Shown in pieces: positions 9,533 to 20,448 of a DNA stretch of 64,000 nucleotides. Source of the DNA: an uncultured delta proteobacterium (GTDB lineage: Bacteria; Desulfobacterota; Binatia; UBA9968); NCBI GenBank assembly GCA_963760795.1, contig CAVXEP010000003.1:1-64000 (forward strand), given 5' to 3'. The translations under genes and the position numbers were made by a program. The notes under the pieces were generated by a model that did not search any database, was not told the origin of the DNA, and saw nothing but the letters and a program-made list of their open reading frames with translations. How positions within the stretch are numbered: position 1 is the first letter of the stretch; each line of letters starts with the position of its first letter.

Positions 9533-10858
9533 CTACGGCAGAGCGGCACTATGGCCTAGTCCAAAGCGCGGCCAAAGATCGAAATTGGTGCCAAACGTCA
9601 GCAAGACGCTGTTCGAGCCAACTTTGCCGCGGGTTAAAACGCCCGTCGAATCCGCGCCAGAGCCAGCGTCCTCAGAGCGGTAGGTGTATTGCACGCCGGA
9701 AAAGAGCCATCGATTGATCCGATATCGTAGTCCTGCGGCTGCCAGGAAAGTACTGAAGTTGACGTCTTTAGTATCGAAGAGTGAATACTCGACTGTAGCT
9801 GTCGCATCAAGCGATTCTGTTATACGCGCACTGAAATTGCCGAAAAAACTCATGGTGTCGGAAACACCAGAAACGCCAAAACTCGGGGTCAAACCCTTGT
9901 TGAAACCCACTTCAAGCTGAGCTCGTTCCCACAACTTAGTGATCGTCAGATTACTCCGGTTGGCGATCGTTGGACCATCGCCGCCGGCATTCACTGCGAT
10001 ACCCGATTGAGCAGTAATCGACAACGTCGGGTCAAGTTGAATCTTAAATGTGCTAAAAAAATCGTCGCCTGCGTCAATATTATGGATGACGTTTGTATTC
10101 CCGTCTCGGGACTTTATGACCTCGACCGAGTAACCGAGATTGAAGTTATGCTCTTCTCTCCACTTATATACACCGCGAATTCCGGCAAGGTGGGAGATTT
10201 CATTGCCACCCTGGTCAAGAAACGCGGTATAGCCAAATCTGTAATCGCCAACGAAATCGAAGTTTTGATCGTAAATAAATTTGCTGCGCAACGTAAACTG
10301 ATTACTAACTTCTTTGCCATTTGAAACGAAATCACCCAACCGCTGAGACGAGGGCAAACCGACCACCGTTCCTGGAGGCGGAATTGAAGTTGGCGGAGGG
10401 AGACCCGAACCACCGTAGTCACTGGTGCGCGTGTCACTCCTCGACCTGAGACTATCGCCTGCGAAAATCGTCAAACGAGGCGAATGATTGTATGTGTACC
10501 CGCTATTGAAACCAATGTTATCGCCAAAATTAGACTCTTCAGAGTGCCGTGCGAAGATCTGCCCAACGACAGTGAGGTCTGCGTTGAAAACAGGCGTTGT
10601 TTGCCCGACAGGGGCGTAAAGTAATGATAACTTCGGGCTTATGGAAGTTATAAAATCAAATTCTTTTTTCTTTTCGAAGAAAATGTTGTCATTGTATTCT
10701 TCGCCGAGTGTCAGAGATAGACGGCTCGCAAAGCCAGCATCTGCGTTACCCGTAACAACAATTAAGAAAACCACTAAAATCGCCAGCCCGGCGAAAAAAA
10801 TCGAACGGCCATTGTAGCCTTGGCGGTTACTTATATGAAAAGGCGGCTGGTTGGTCAC
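9533..10858 (-). CDS. Outer-membrane beta-barrel protein of EPS locus
   Basis: Signal peptide, GEEYNDNIF motif, alternating beta-strand pattern; adjacent to wza. Confidence 0.75.
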   Translation of the reverse strand: MTNQPPFHISNRQGYNGRSIFFAGLAILVVFLIVVTGNADAGFASRLSLTLGEEYNDNIFFEKKKEFDFITSISPKLSLLYAPVGQTTPVFNADLTVVGQIFARHSEESNFGDNIGFNSGYTYNHSPRLTIFAGDSLRSRSDTRTSDYGGSGLPPPTSIPPPGTVVGLPSSQRLGDFVSNGKEVSNQFTLRSKFIYDQNFDFVGDYRFGYTAFLDQGGNEISHLAGIRGVYKWREEHNFNLGYSVEVIKSRDGNTNVIHNIDAGDDFFSTFKIQLDPTLSITAQSGIAVNAGGDGPTIANRSNLTITKLWERAQLEVGFNKGLTPSFGVSGVSDTMSFFGNFSARITESLDATATVEYSLFDTKDVNFSTFLAAAGLRYRINRWLFSGVQYTYRSEDAGSGADSTGVLTRGKVGSNSVLLTFGTNFDLWPRFGLGHSAALP

Positions 10859-11143
10859 GATTAGGGGCGATAATACCTGGTTGCGGTGTGGCTATCAATC
10901 AAATTATTCAGGGGGTCGTTCGCCGGACATAGCTCCGCAGGGTCGGGCCATCTACACTTCGGCTCGCTCCATCTTTGGACAAAAGTTCAGTTGGCAACTG
11001 CGGGGCCATTATTCCGATCGTACTGTTCGAAAAAAAAGCTGATGCTCTTGGCTAAACGTCTGCCAGACGATTGGCCATCGCAACCTAACCAAGTCTGATA
11101 CACCGGGTGTATGCTAACTAACACATGACGAAGCTCTTCCGTG

Positions 11144-11644
11144 TCAACCCATAATCCAACCGGTTTCAACAACTCGTAGGGGCACGTCGACGGTCATTTT
11201 ACGGCTCAACAATTCCATTAGGATTTTTACCCGCCCTTTGGCATCGGCAATCTGGTCAATAAATCCCAATATGCCTTCAAATGGCCCGCCGCAGATTCGC
11301 ACTTCCTGGCCACGTTTTAAGTCAGGCCGAGCGACTATGATTCCGTTAAGGTCGGCCCGGTTTAAGAGGTACTCCGCGACACCGTCTTCCAGAGGGGTTG
11401 GGTTATCATTAAAGCTCACAAAGCATTTCACTCCAGGCGTCCAACGCACAGCGTCATAGGCCTTTTCAAAATCAACTCGAACAAAAAGATAATTCGGGAA
11501 AAGCGGAACCACCGGTTTCTGCCTTCGCGAAAATTTAGGCAACAAAAGCCGTGGAAAGAAAGCCTCAACCCCTCTCAGTCTCAAGTTGAGGTGAGCAACC
11601 GCTTCCTTCTGAGGTTTTGTGTAAATGACGTACCAGGCTTGCAT
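11144..11644 (-). CDS. rfaH: RfaH/NusG-paralogue transcription antiterminator
   Basis: WYVIYTKPQKE, PLFPNYLFV, VRWTPGV, KOW GQEVRICGGPFEG. Confidence 0.85.
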   Translation of the reverse strand: MQAWYVIYTKPQKEAVAHLNLRLRGVEAFFPRLLLPKFSRRQKPVVPLFPNYLFVRVDFEKAYDAVRWTPGVKCFVSFNDNPTPLEDGVAEYLLNRADLNGIIVARPDLKRGQEVRICGGPFEGILGFIDQIADAKGRVKILMELLSRKMTVDVPLRVVETGWIMG

Positions 11645-11678
11645 CGTTATAAGGATTCAATTGTCGGAGTTTACCCGA

Positions 11679-11693
11679 GCAAGGCGAATGCCA
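11679..11693 (-). promoter_or_regulatory. sigma54 -24/-12 promoter of EPS operon
   Basis: TGGCATTCGCCTTGC, 35 bp upstream of rfaH ATG. Confidence 0.75.
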
Positions 11694-12663
11694 ACTCCGA
11701 AACAAAAAATATTAATTGAAAACTGCAACGAAAATGAGTTTTTGCGGGGCTAGAAACAGCACGGTTCAATAAATCGGACAGAGGTGTCAGTAAGTATCCC
11801 GTAACACGTGCAAGCGTTTGATGCGCTTGAACTTTTATCTTCTTTTACTGAACTGACAACCAAGTCCGATTAGGGAGGGTTGTCAAATTCACAGTGCATT
11901 ACCATCAAAATTTGGTCGGCTCGCGGGAAGCTTACTGATCGGCTACGCCTGCGCCACTGGGACTAACAACGCCCGATTGGAATGTAAGCCCAACTGGGTT
12001 CATTATTTTGCCCGGTTTCTACGACCTACTGAAAATTGACAATTATTTTTACATTCTTCTCCTTGATGCCGGCCGTCAATGAATCGCATCCGGAAGTCCA
12101 GAAGTCACTACCGATGTCCACATCAACATTGCCTTTCGGCCGTGCATTTGCTGCTACGCCTAATGGATTTTGTTTTTATCTTAGGTTCCTCGAGGCGCCG
12201 CCGCGGTAAATTCCACTTGTCTACTTGATGAACGTGAGCCGGAATGAAAATCAACAGCGCTTGGTCCGGCAGTGACAGTTTGCAGGTCTCAATACTACCG
12301 CCAATCTCATTCGAACTGACGATTCGGTAAGACCGCTTGGCAAGCACATTGGCGGCGGGCCGTTGAACCCCAGCAAAAAAAAATCCGCTCCGAGGGCGCA
12401 CCAAAGCTTCCGGGTTTCGCTGACGAGTGAGGTGCCCCCGAGATCGAGATCGACCGGTAGCCCCGTTCTACTATTGCAGTGAACAGAAGCTTCCTGGTAG
12501 TTCAGCCCCGCGTGTAAATTCACGTTCACATACCCGGCATACACTGTCCGCACCGCAGCAACGATCAGACAAAAGCGCCTACTAACAAATCGGCGATTCT
12601 CATGATCAATAAAGCGATCTTATCTTGACAATCTCGGTGAAGGACCCGAATAGCCGCTTACTT

Positions 12664-13060
12664 CTAGTATAGTGCCCTCAACGCATCTTTGGTTTGGCGA
12701 TTTTGGTCATGATGGTATCGGCGGAGGCTTTCCAAATTAATCCGCGAGGGTTTTTCTTGGGAGATTTCAGGTAGTCTTCGATCGCAGCACTCAATTCCGG
12801 GACTTTGTGCAAATTGCCGCGGCGAATCTGCTTGTCGGTAATTTCTCGAAACCAACGCTCGACCAGATTCATTCAAGGACTCAACGCCGGGATGAAGTAG
12901 CTGTGGAATCTGGAAGGTCATCGCATCGACAATTTGATCCGGGGGTGGTGGAGTTCGTCAATGTTCACGATAACCACCAGATCGAGGTGGGACGCCGTCT
13001 CCGCGTCGTTATCGTTGATGAAAGCGAACGAATTGCTGATGTCGATGGCGTCGCCAGGAT
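12664..13060 (-). mobile_element. IS630-family transposase remnant (3' part, decayed)
   Basis: NLVERWFREITDKQIRRG...AIEDYL...WKASADTI..KI; interrupted upstream; ends in ...ACTAG as typical for IS630. Confidence 0.8.
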
Positions 13061-13239
13061 TCCGAAAGAAAACTGCTTCAGAGAACGTTTTTCGTTAGCA
13101 TCTCATCGGCCGTTTTACCACTGCACGTAGTCACACCCTTGGGCGATTATTTTGATCCATTTTATTTCGCGCCGACTTGTCGAAGAGATTGTGCAAATCG
13201 TGCCAGCAGGAAACTTTGGCAGCGTTTACTTGCGGTTCA

Positions 13240-13860
13240 TGGCTGCTAACGAAGAAAACCAACTGCTCAAAGACGAAGGTTCAACAATGCAAACATTGGC
13301 ACAATCACGCAGACCAAAGAGAAAAGAAACGGATTGCGCTTATTGATCCTTTTTCAGATGAGATGGTTGCCAGTGCTTAGAGGCTACGCCTGTGCATTAA
13401 CGGCCCTATATTCGATTTCTCTTCGAGTCGGGATTTAGACCGATAGAAACCAACGGGCCTAAATGGTTTAACGTTAACTGCGAAAATGGGATTTTGTCGG
13501 TCCGAGAGGGCAGAGTATTGGGTAAGGACAAAGATCCGAAAACCGAAAGAGCATTCAGAGACGGTGAGATCACCTAGGAGATGTTGCAAACAGTAGCCGA
13601 TCAGAAAACAATATCCAAGTACCCGGATGAATACTCCTTCGTAAGCGAAAAGGGACGCCCCAGAGACGTCAGCAATTTTAGGCAATTGATATGGACTCCC
13701 GTTTTGACGAAAGCGCAGTTGAAGTATCGCTATCCGTACCACGCTCGTCACACTTTCGCGACAAAGCATCTAAGCGGAGGATACGATCCACGTTGAATTG
13801 CTAGTCAGAGGGGGACTTCTCTGGAGATGCTGTTTAAACATTCGGCGGTTTACATCTCCA
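13240..13860 (+). pseudogene. Decayed tyrosine recombinase/integrase
   Basis: Fragments IDPFS, KTERAFR, NFRQLIWTPVL.KA.LKYR.PYHARHTFAT, then an in-frame stop followed by IASQRGTSLEMLFKH; left boundary approximate. Confidence 0.75.
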
Positions 13861-14001
13861 AAAAGTTTTGGGCAACGGTTGCCCCAAACACCCACTTATC
13901 CACAGGGAAATGCACCTAAGAGCAAGGATAGGTATCTCTTTAACGTTTTGTTTCTTTGAAAAGCAGCGGTGTGCGAAAACGTCAGGCCATGTCTGCGGAA
14001 C

Positions 14002-14036
14002 CCTAAGTACAGGTTCGGTTCCCGCCGGGGGCACCA
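14002..14036 (+). tRNA. Degenerate tRNA 3' fragment (tRNA-Arg(CCT)-like), probable att site; not a complete tRNA
   Basis: CCTAA...CAGGTTCGGTTCCCGCCGGGGGCACCA: T-loop-like sequence, acceptor strand and CCA; no 5' half; lies just after the integrase remnant. Confidence 0.55.
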
Positions 14037-14149
14037 AGGCGCCGCAACTCTTCAGCGCGTTTCACTTTAGCAAGAACGGTATCGAGAAAAGATAGCTGTA
14101 CAGACGAGAGGCTATTCTCGTGGGGCGGCGCGGAAGCGGGCGAGGAACG

Positions 14150-14683
14150 CTATCCTCTACCCTTTTGACTCAAGTTCGTTAATCGAGCACTGATTGTTTC
14201 GCTCAGATGCTCTGCGGAAATGTTAGCGGGAAGCGGTGCGGGTGAGGCGCCGAGGCCGGTCAAGTTTTTGTTGAGGGTATCGAGCTCGGCGTAGCGATTT
14301 TGATATTCAACCAGACCCCCGAGGCACTGCAAGACGTTCCGATCTATTTGGCCCAGACAGTCGCGCAACGCCGCCATTTTCTCATCAGACTGTCCGCGCA
14401 ATTGGTCGACTTGGTCTTGCACGACCCGCTGCACGGCGGGACGCACGCGTTGCTCGATTTGCGTCTGCATCTCTTGCAGCGCTTGCAACAAGCGGCGGTA
14501 ATGCGCGTCGACTGCCGTTGCTGCGGCGTCAAACGAAGCGTCGGAAGCTAGCGGCAAAGTCGACGAGGATGGTAGGACGCCGCGAAGCGAACCGAACGTG
14601 GAGTGAATGCTGTGGATCTTCTCCAGCACCCCGCCGCGTTCTTCCAGAAAACTTTGCAGTTGCTTGAGTGGATCTTGGTCCAT
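14150..14683 (-). CDS. Hypothetical coiled-coil protein
   Basis: 177-aa Q/L-rich helical ORF, co-oriented directly after the HTH gene. Confidence 0.65.
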   Translation of the reverse strand: MDQDPLKQLQSFLEERGGVLEKIHSIHSTFGSLRGVLPSSSTLPLASDASFDAAATAVDAHYRRLLQALQEMQTQIEQRVRPAVQRVVQDQVDQLRGQSDEKMAALRDCLGQIDRNVLQCLGGLVEYQNRYAELDTLNKNLTGLGASPAPLPANISAEHLSETISARLTNLSQKGRG

Positions 14684-14713
14684 CGAGCAAATTTGAGTAT
14701 CAACTCGGTAAAG

Positions 14714-14932
14714 TTATTTGTCGTTTACCGCGATTTTCATGTCGCCATCGCCCGAGTCGGCAAGGTTCATCGATTTGGTCGAGACCAATTCCAATACATC
14801 ACCGCGGCTAAAGCGCCAGCTGCGGCCGATGCGGTTACCGGGGATGACGCCCTTTTCGGCGAGCTTGTAGACCGTCTTGAGATGAATCTTAAGCAGCGCA
14901 GCCACTTCCGACGGTGTCATGATTTCTTCCAT
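14714..14932 (-). CDS. Excisionase-like HTH_17 DNA-binding protein
   Basis: MTPSEVAALLKIHLKTVYKLAEKGVIPGNRIGRSWRF; AGGAG RBS. Confidence 0.85.
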   Translation of the reverse strand: MEEIMTPSEVAALLKIHLKTVYKLAEKGVIPGNRIGRSWRFSRGDVLELVSTKSMNLADSGDGDMKIAVNDK

Positions 14933-14995
14933 CGCTATTTTCTCCTTTTTCCTTGTCGAAATACCTTACGGACTTCTTGATAGGGTCCAGCATCA

Positions 14996-15010
14996 GCACA
15001 AATTATGCCA
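14996..15010 (-). promoter_or_regulatory. sigma54 promoter
   Basis: TGGCATAATTTGTGC upstream of HTH_17 gene. Confidence 0.6.
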
Positions 15011-15281
15011 ATTGCCATTTGGCCCTGCTAACGACGGATAAAGCCTGATATTTCCAAAGAATTCCCCAGCGCGGCGGGAGTCACCAGTGGTCACGAGGGA
15101 TCGGTAATCATGGACAATATTGCTCAATCGAGGCGCTTTTCGCCCACTCGCGGCGTCGTTTGCCGTAACGAACAGCCAGAATTGGCATTTGAAAGGAATC
15201 GCTTAGAGCTTTCTGGCGAGAAATCAGTGGCAAGGTATTTTCTACATAAAATAAGCGTCGCGGACGCACCGATTTACCCGC

Positions 15282-16788
15282 TCAGTCGCCGCGATAGCGC
15301 GCCTGGGCATGACGTGCCTGGACCTGCGCCAACTGGTTCTGCCATTTGCTCGAATAAAGATGGCGCATTTCGTCGCTAATGGCACTGGTGGCAGGGAACT
15401 TATCGCGCCACTCCCAGGGTCGCACCGCCTCGATGATCATGCGCGAGTTGAAGCCCTTTTGCCCCGGCGGAATGATTGGATCGAGGGGTCCGCTCCAGCA
15501 GCGCCGCAGCAGATCCACTGAGGTGGCCGGATCGGATCGGGTGCAGATCGCCCACAGCACTTCATCGGTGTCGGTGATATCGATGTCGTCGTCGACGACG
15601 ACCACATAACGCCCTAGGTAGGCTCCCGCATGGCACTGGCTGGCAACCAGAGCGGCTTGCTTGGCGTGACCGGGATAGCGCTGGTTGATGGCGACAACGA
15701 TCATGAAGCGCTGCGCCGGCGGCGGCAGATAGACGCCCTTGATATCCGGCACGCCGGCTTGCTCCATGCCGTTCCATACCGTCGCCGCGCGCAGGCAAGA
15801 GCGGTACATGCCATGAATCGTCGGTTTGAACGGCGCCGCGCCGGTGATGATCGGATCGTTGCGATAATACAGTGCCTTGACCCGGACAAACGGTTCGGCG
15901 CGCCGGGCGCTGGCATAGTATCCCGGCCATTCGCCGAAGGGCCCTTCCTGCATCGATTCGCCGGGCACGATCTCACCTTCGATGACGATCTCGGAATTGG
16001 CTGGAAAGCGTAAACCGGTTACCGGCCCTTCGATCACCTCGATCGGCTGGCCGATCAGTCCACCGGCCCAATCATATTCGCTGACGCCGAAGGGAACCGC
16101 CTGCGAGGCCGCGATGTAAAGCAGAGGATGCTGGCCGAAGGCCATCACCACCGGGAAAGTTTTGCCGGCCTTCATCGCCTTTTCGTAGTGAATCTTGCCG
16201 TGCTTGCCGGGCGAGATGTAAAGCCCGACCTTGTCTTTGTCCTGGAGCATGACCCGATAGCAGCCGACGTTTTCGACGCCGTTCTCGGGATCGCGGGTAA
16301 CCACCAGATGAGCTGTGCCGAGATAGCGTCCGCCGTCACCGGCGTGCCAACGCGGCACCGGAAACTTGGTCAGATCGATTTGATCGCCATGGGCGATATT
16401 TTCAAACACCGGCCCGGTCGTCACCACCTTGGCCGTCATCGGCTGCATGGCGCGCAAGCGCGCGCGCAGGGCATCGATCAAAGGAATGATCTTTAGATCG
16501 AGCGGCAGGTTGAGCGTCAACGCGGTGCGCTCCAAAGTCTCGAGCATGTTGACCAGCACCCGGCGGTTCGGTTCCGAACCCTGGAACATTGTCGAAGATC
16601 ACCGCTGGCGGCGTGGCGATGCGCTCGAGAATAATCTCGGTCAGCGCGCCGAGTTCCAGATCCCAATGGGCGCCGGAAATGGTTTCCAGCTGCTCAAGCC
16701 GTTTGACCTCTTTGAGCCAATCGCGCAGGTCGATATTGCCGTTGGCGTTGGCGTTGGCATTGGTATTGATCGCGGCTGCAGTGGACAT
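15282..16788 (-). CDS. UbiD-family (prFMN) decarboxylase, split by one frameshift near 16589
   Basis: DLRDWL, FPVPRWH..DGGRYLGT, NVGCYR, EGPFGEWPGYY, VVVDDDIDI, WAICTRSDP; N- and C-parts in two frames. Confidence 0.85.
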
Positions 16789-16816
16789 GGGAACTCCTTC
16801 TAGTTGATTCGACAAA

Positions 16817-17821
16817 CTACTCGCTCAACTTGAGCGTGCTCGGATGGAAAATCTCTTCGATAGCGATAGTTCGGCCCGATATCCCCTGGGCGTGGCAGTA
16901 GGCGAAGAACTTCTCCAGCACATGGCGGTTCGCCTCCAGGCCGTAAGCCCAGGGATCGCAGTTAAATATTTCTTGCTCGGCGCTGAGATACTGATTGGGC
17001 CAGGCTTCGACGAGACTCGGGATCGCCCGCCGCCAACGCTGCGCCCAACGTTTGGCGTCAACGTAAAGGTGAAACAGCTGCGCCGGCAAATCTGGATGCT
17101 TGTCGATCAACTGCTTCTGCAGCGCCAGCACATGCATGATCGGCAAAATCTTGCTGCTGCGGAAATAACTGGCTTCGACTTCCCGGGGATTGTCGAATAG
17201 CCTTTTCACGTTGGAGTTTGCCAGCAGCGTCGGCAACTGCGATTCGGTCACGCCCAAAGCATCGACTTGGCCGTCGAACAGAGCCTTGCAAGCGCGCTCC
17301 GAAGTGTTCTTGCCGCTGTTTTCGATCATGCGAATCACCGAACCGTCGCGCGGCACCACGGCGGCATCGGGATCGTGATCGTCCCAATGATGCATCGAGG
17401 CGACGTGCCACTGGGAATCTTTCGCCGAAACGCCGTATTGATCCACCAGCATGCCGCGCATCCAGATCGCCGCGGTCTGAACCCACCGGAGAAAGCCGAT
17501 CTTGCGGCCGCTTAGGTCCGACGGCTGGTTTATCCCCGAATCCTTTCGGCAGAAAATAAAACCATGGCGAAACATGCGCGACGGAAACACCGGAATCGCC
17601 ACGAAGTCGGCTTTGCCGCGCGAGGTGTACGAAATCAACTCGCCGAGAGACATTTCCGAAACATCGTACAGACCTTTGTACATGCCGGCGAACATGCCGG
17701 GCACATCCTCAGTCTCGGTGATGTCGAATTCAAATCCAGGAATCGTCATTTGACCGCGCAGGATCGGCAAAGTACCGTCGTAAGCGCGGCTGGCAAGGCG
17801 AATCTTAACGGCAACAGCCAT
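16817..17821 (-). CDS. 4,5-dihydroxyphthalate decarboxylase-like / periplasmic-binding-fold protein
   Basis: YDVSEMSL, AIPVFPSRMFRHG, QTAAIWMRG, PIMHV, DPWAYGLEAN. Confidence 0.75.
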   Translation of the reverse strand: MAVAVKIRLASRAYDGTLPILRGQMTIPGFEFDITETEDVPGMFAGMYKGLYDVSEMSLGELISYTSRGKADFVAIPVFPSRMFRHGFIFCRKDSGINQPSDLSGRKIGFLRWVQTAAIWMRGMLVDQYGVSAKDSQWHVASMHHWDDHDPDAAVVPRDGSVIRMIENSGKNTSERACKALFDGQVDALGVTESQLPTLLANSNVKRLFDNPREVEASYFRSSKILPIMHVLALQKQLIDKHPDLPAQLFHLYVDAKRWAQRWRRAIPSLVEAWPNQYLSAEQEIFNCDPWAYGLEANRHVLEKFFAYCHAQGISGRTIAIEEIFHPSTLKLSE

Positions 17822-17865
17822 GATGGTTTCTTAGAACATCGTCATCGCAGAATTGACTAAAGCAA

Positions 17866-18866
17866 TTATTGGCCGGCTTCTTCCCGATATAGTTGCAGCG
17901 CTTCCATCACCGGCCGATCATTCATGGAAAAAAGAATCGCCTCGTCGTTGCCGAGATTTTCATGGGCATGCCATTGCCAGAGCGGCACGACGAAAGAGTC
18001 GCCTTTTTGCCATTCCAGAAATCCTTCACCGACTCTGGTGCGCCCCTGCCCTTTGAAGACATGGTAGAGCGCCGTACTGGTATGGCGATGGGCCTTAGTG
18101 ACTTCTTTAGCTTTAAAGAGCTGAATCTCGCAGGACATGGTCGGATAGGTGTAGCCGCCGGTGGCCGGATTGATGTAGCGCAATAGCGTGCCGTCGTACG
18201 GATCGCGATCGCTGTCGCCCATGGCCTTGAGCGCCTTGTAGGTTTCCTTGAAGGCGAATAGCGAAACGGCACGCCGCGGCGGTAGCTTTCTTCCTGTTTC
18301 GGCGTGCGCGCAAAACCCATGCGCGCGAGCGACTCACCGGTCTGCCGGGTAATCTCCTGTTCCGGTTTTTCCGAATCTTCGAAGAACAAAACATTGAGAG
18401 ACTGAATCAGCGGGCCGTCCAAGCCATCGAGCCAGATGATCGGATCTTCCGACTCGTTGTGGTGGTCATGCCAGGTCCAATTGGGCGTCAGAATCAAATC
18501 GCCCTCTTCCATGTAAAACTTTTCGCCGTCCACCGCGGTATACGCACCCTTGCCTTGCACGACAAAACGGATCGCCGCCATGTTATGGCGGTGGGCTTTG
18601 GCGACTTCGCCGGGATTGACGATGGAAAAAGTGATCTGCAAGGTATGCGATGTCGACTTGATCGGCAGATGCGGGCTGACAAGACGGATCGCCCGCCGCT
18701 CCGCCTGATCGATGCCGATGGTCTCGCTCGCCTTGAGCAGGCCGTCGAGCAGCGGCTCCCACTTCCACAGATACGGCGCCTCGGACGCGTGCGACGGCAC
18801 GCGGGTGCGCCAGAATCCGGAGAGTTGATTCTTTTCCAGCTGGCTATCGAGTTCTTCGAGCTTCAT
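17866..18866 (-). CDS. Gentisate 1,2-dioxygenase-like bicupin, frameshift near 18250
   Basis: AERR, AHRH..AAIRF, GDLILTPNWTWHDH, WLDGLD.P; second cupin YINPATGG..AHRH..WQWHAH in another frame. Confidence 0.85.
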
Positions 18867-19048
18867 CGAGGCTCCCACTAACTAATTATTCGTTCTTCAG
18901 GCCTTGGTATGGACGATTTGTCACGATCAGTTTGCTTTGCTCCGCACGAAGAGCCAAATGACATGTAGGGTGCAGATGCTTAAGACTCCGAACTTCGTGA
19001 TCTTCGTGGTGAAAACATCTTACAGTAAACTTGGAAGACCCCAGATAT

Positions 19049-19757
19049 TTAGGATGCCTTCTCCATCGCCTGCGCCATGCCGCCGAAGTAGGCGCGGTGA
19101 ATTTCCATCGACTCCTTGGCGGTATTCAGCACGTCTTGTTCACGCCCCGGCACGACATATTTTTCCAACACGTCGATGAACATGTCGGAATGTTTCACGT
19201 CGGCCTTGCTGTGCGCCGTGAAGTTTGGCATCTGCGCATCGGATAAATTTCAGATCGCGCTTCCAGTTCTTGTAGAGCCGGGTGCAGTTGCCGCCGCCGA
19301 GATCGCCGAGCAAGCGATCGTCATTGGTCCATTCCGCGATGGTCGACGCCGCCACCGACTCCTGCCAACTGCGAGTGCGGGCGATCCACCACCAGGCATA
19401 GACCGACGCCGTGGTCGTCGGCAGCGGCTCAGCGGCAAGAATATCGTCGACGCTCAAGCCGACTTCCTTGCCTTGGCGAAAGATCAGATCCAAGTGACCG
19501 TGCTTGGAGTGCTCGTCTTCGATCAACTCTTCATATTCATGGGACATGATGCGCTGCTTGACGTCGAACTCCGGACAGTTCGCCGCCACCTGGGGCCAGA
19601 AATCGCGCCGTTTGCGGACGTAGAGACTCAGTTGCAAAAGATAAATCTGCGCGCGCTTCTCGGTCAGCTTCACCGAGTAAAATTGTTCCATCTCCGGCGA
19701 GCGAAACAGATCGCGCACACACTCGCCCAACTGCTGGCGCCATTCTTGTGGATTCAT
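19049..19757 (-). CDS. Heme-oxygenase-like diiron oxidase (CADD/PqqC/TenA fold), frameshift near 19235
   Basis: EE...H, IAEW and H-x3-D-x2-H (HSKADVKH) ligand pattern across two frames; GAGG RBS. Confidence 0.75.
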
Positions 19758-20008
19758 GATTAGTTCCTCCTATCCGCTCGGCACGCAGGCTATTTAGCCC
19801 TGATTGCCCAGGTTTGCCGCGGAGTTTTTAAGCGCAATGAGATTGCGCTACTTTTGTAGACCTAACTGATCGGCCAAAGGGTTGTCAAGATAGCGCGGCA
19901 GAAACAGATTCGAAAATTCTTCCGCTGTACGAAGGATTGGCCAAACGTGCAAGGCCCGCTAGCGAAGCTCAGCAGCACCGAGCGGCGCCGCTAGTATGTG
20001 CCGTATTG

Positions 20009-20401
20009 CTACTGTACGTCGGTGGGTGTGCTGGGAGTCGGAATATAGCGCAGGAGAACCCTTTGTAGCTCGTCGAATGACATCGGCTTGGTGACAACTT
20101 CATGGGCGCCGCATTTCAATGCCGCGTCACGATATTTTTCACCCATCCAGGCTGTGTAGATAACAATCGGCGTGTTTTTCGTCACAGCACTTTCTCTCAG
20201 GCAGGAGATCGCGTCGATGCCGTTCATATTCGGCATGCCGATATCCATGAATATCAGATCGGGGTTTTCGCTCAACGCTTTTTGCACGCCCAATTCGCCG
20301 TCATCCGCCTGCAAGACTTCGCAGCCCAAATGCCGCACCATCATCGCGAACAGCTCACGGCAATCGGTGTTATCCTCGATTACTAAGACTCGGTATGCCA
20401 T
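20009..20401 (-). CDS. Single-domain response regulator (CheY-like)
   Basis: VLVIEDN, LIFMDIGMPNMNG, YTA, TKP. Confidence 0.9.
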   Translation of the reverse strand: MAYRVLVIEDNTDCRELFAMMVRHLGCEVLQADDGELGVQKALSENPDLIFMDIGMPNMNGIDAISCLRESAVTKNTPIVIYTAWMGEKYRDAALKCGAHEVVTKPMSFDELQRVLLRYIPTPSTPTDVQ

Positions 20402-20433
20402 GTCCGAAGCTCCAAGAACGCCAGAATGATAAA

Positions 20434-20448
20434 GCAGGTCCCGTGCCA
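20434..20448 (-). promoter_or_regulatory. sigma54 promoter
   Basis: TGGCACGGGACCTGC upstream of receiver gene. Confidence 0.6.

Noticed and set aside
13240-13860. Integrase remnant as the integron integrase for the katG cassette
   Set aside because: Motifs look phage/island-type, no IntI-specific insertion is recognisable, and it is associated with a tRNA-like att
16738-16768. GTTGGC hexamer repeat in UbiD 5' end as a phase-variation tract
   Set aside because: In-frame Asn-Ala low-complexity N-terminus; the frameshift lies elsewhere
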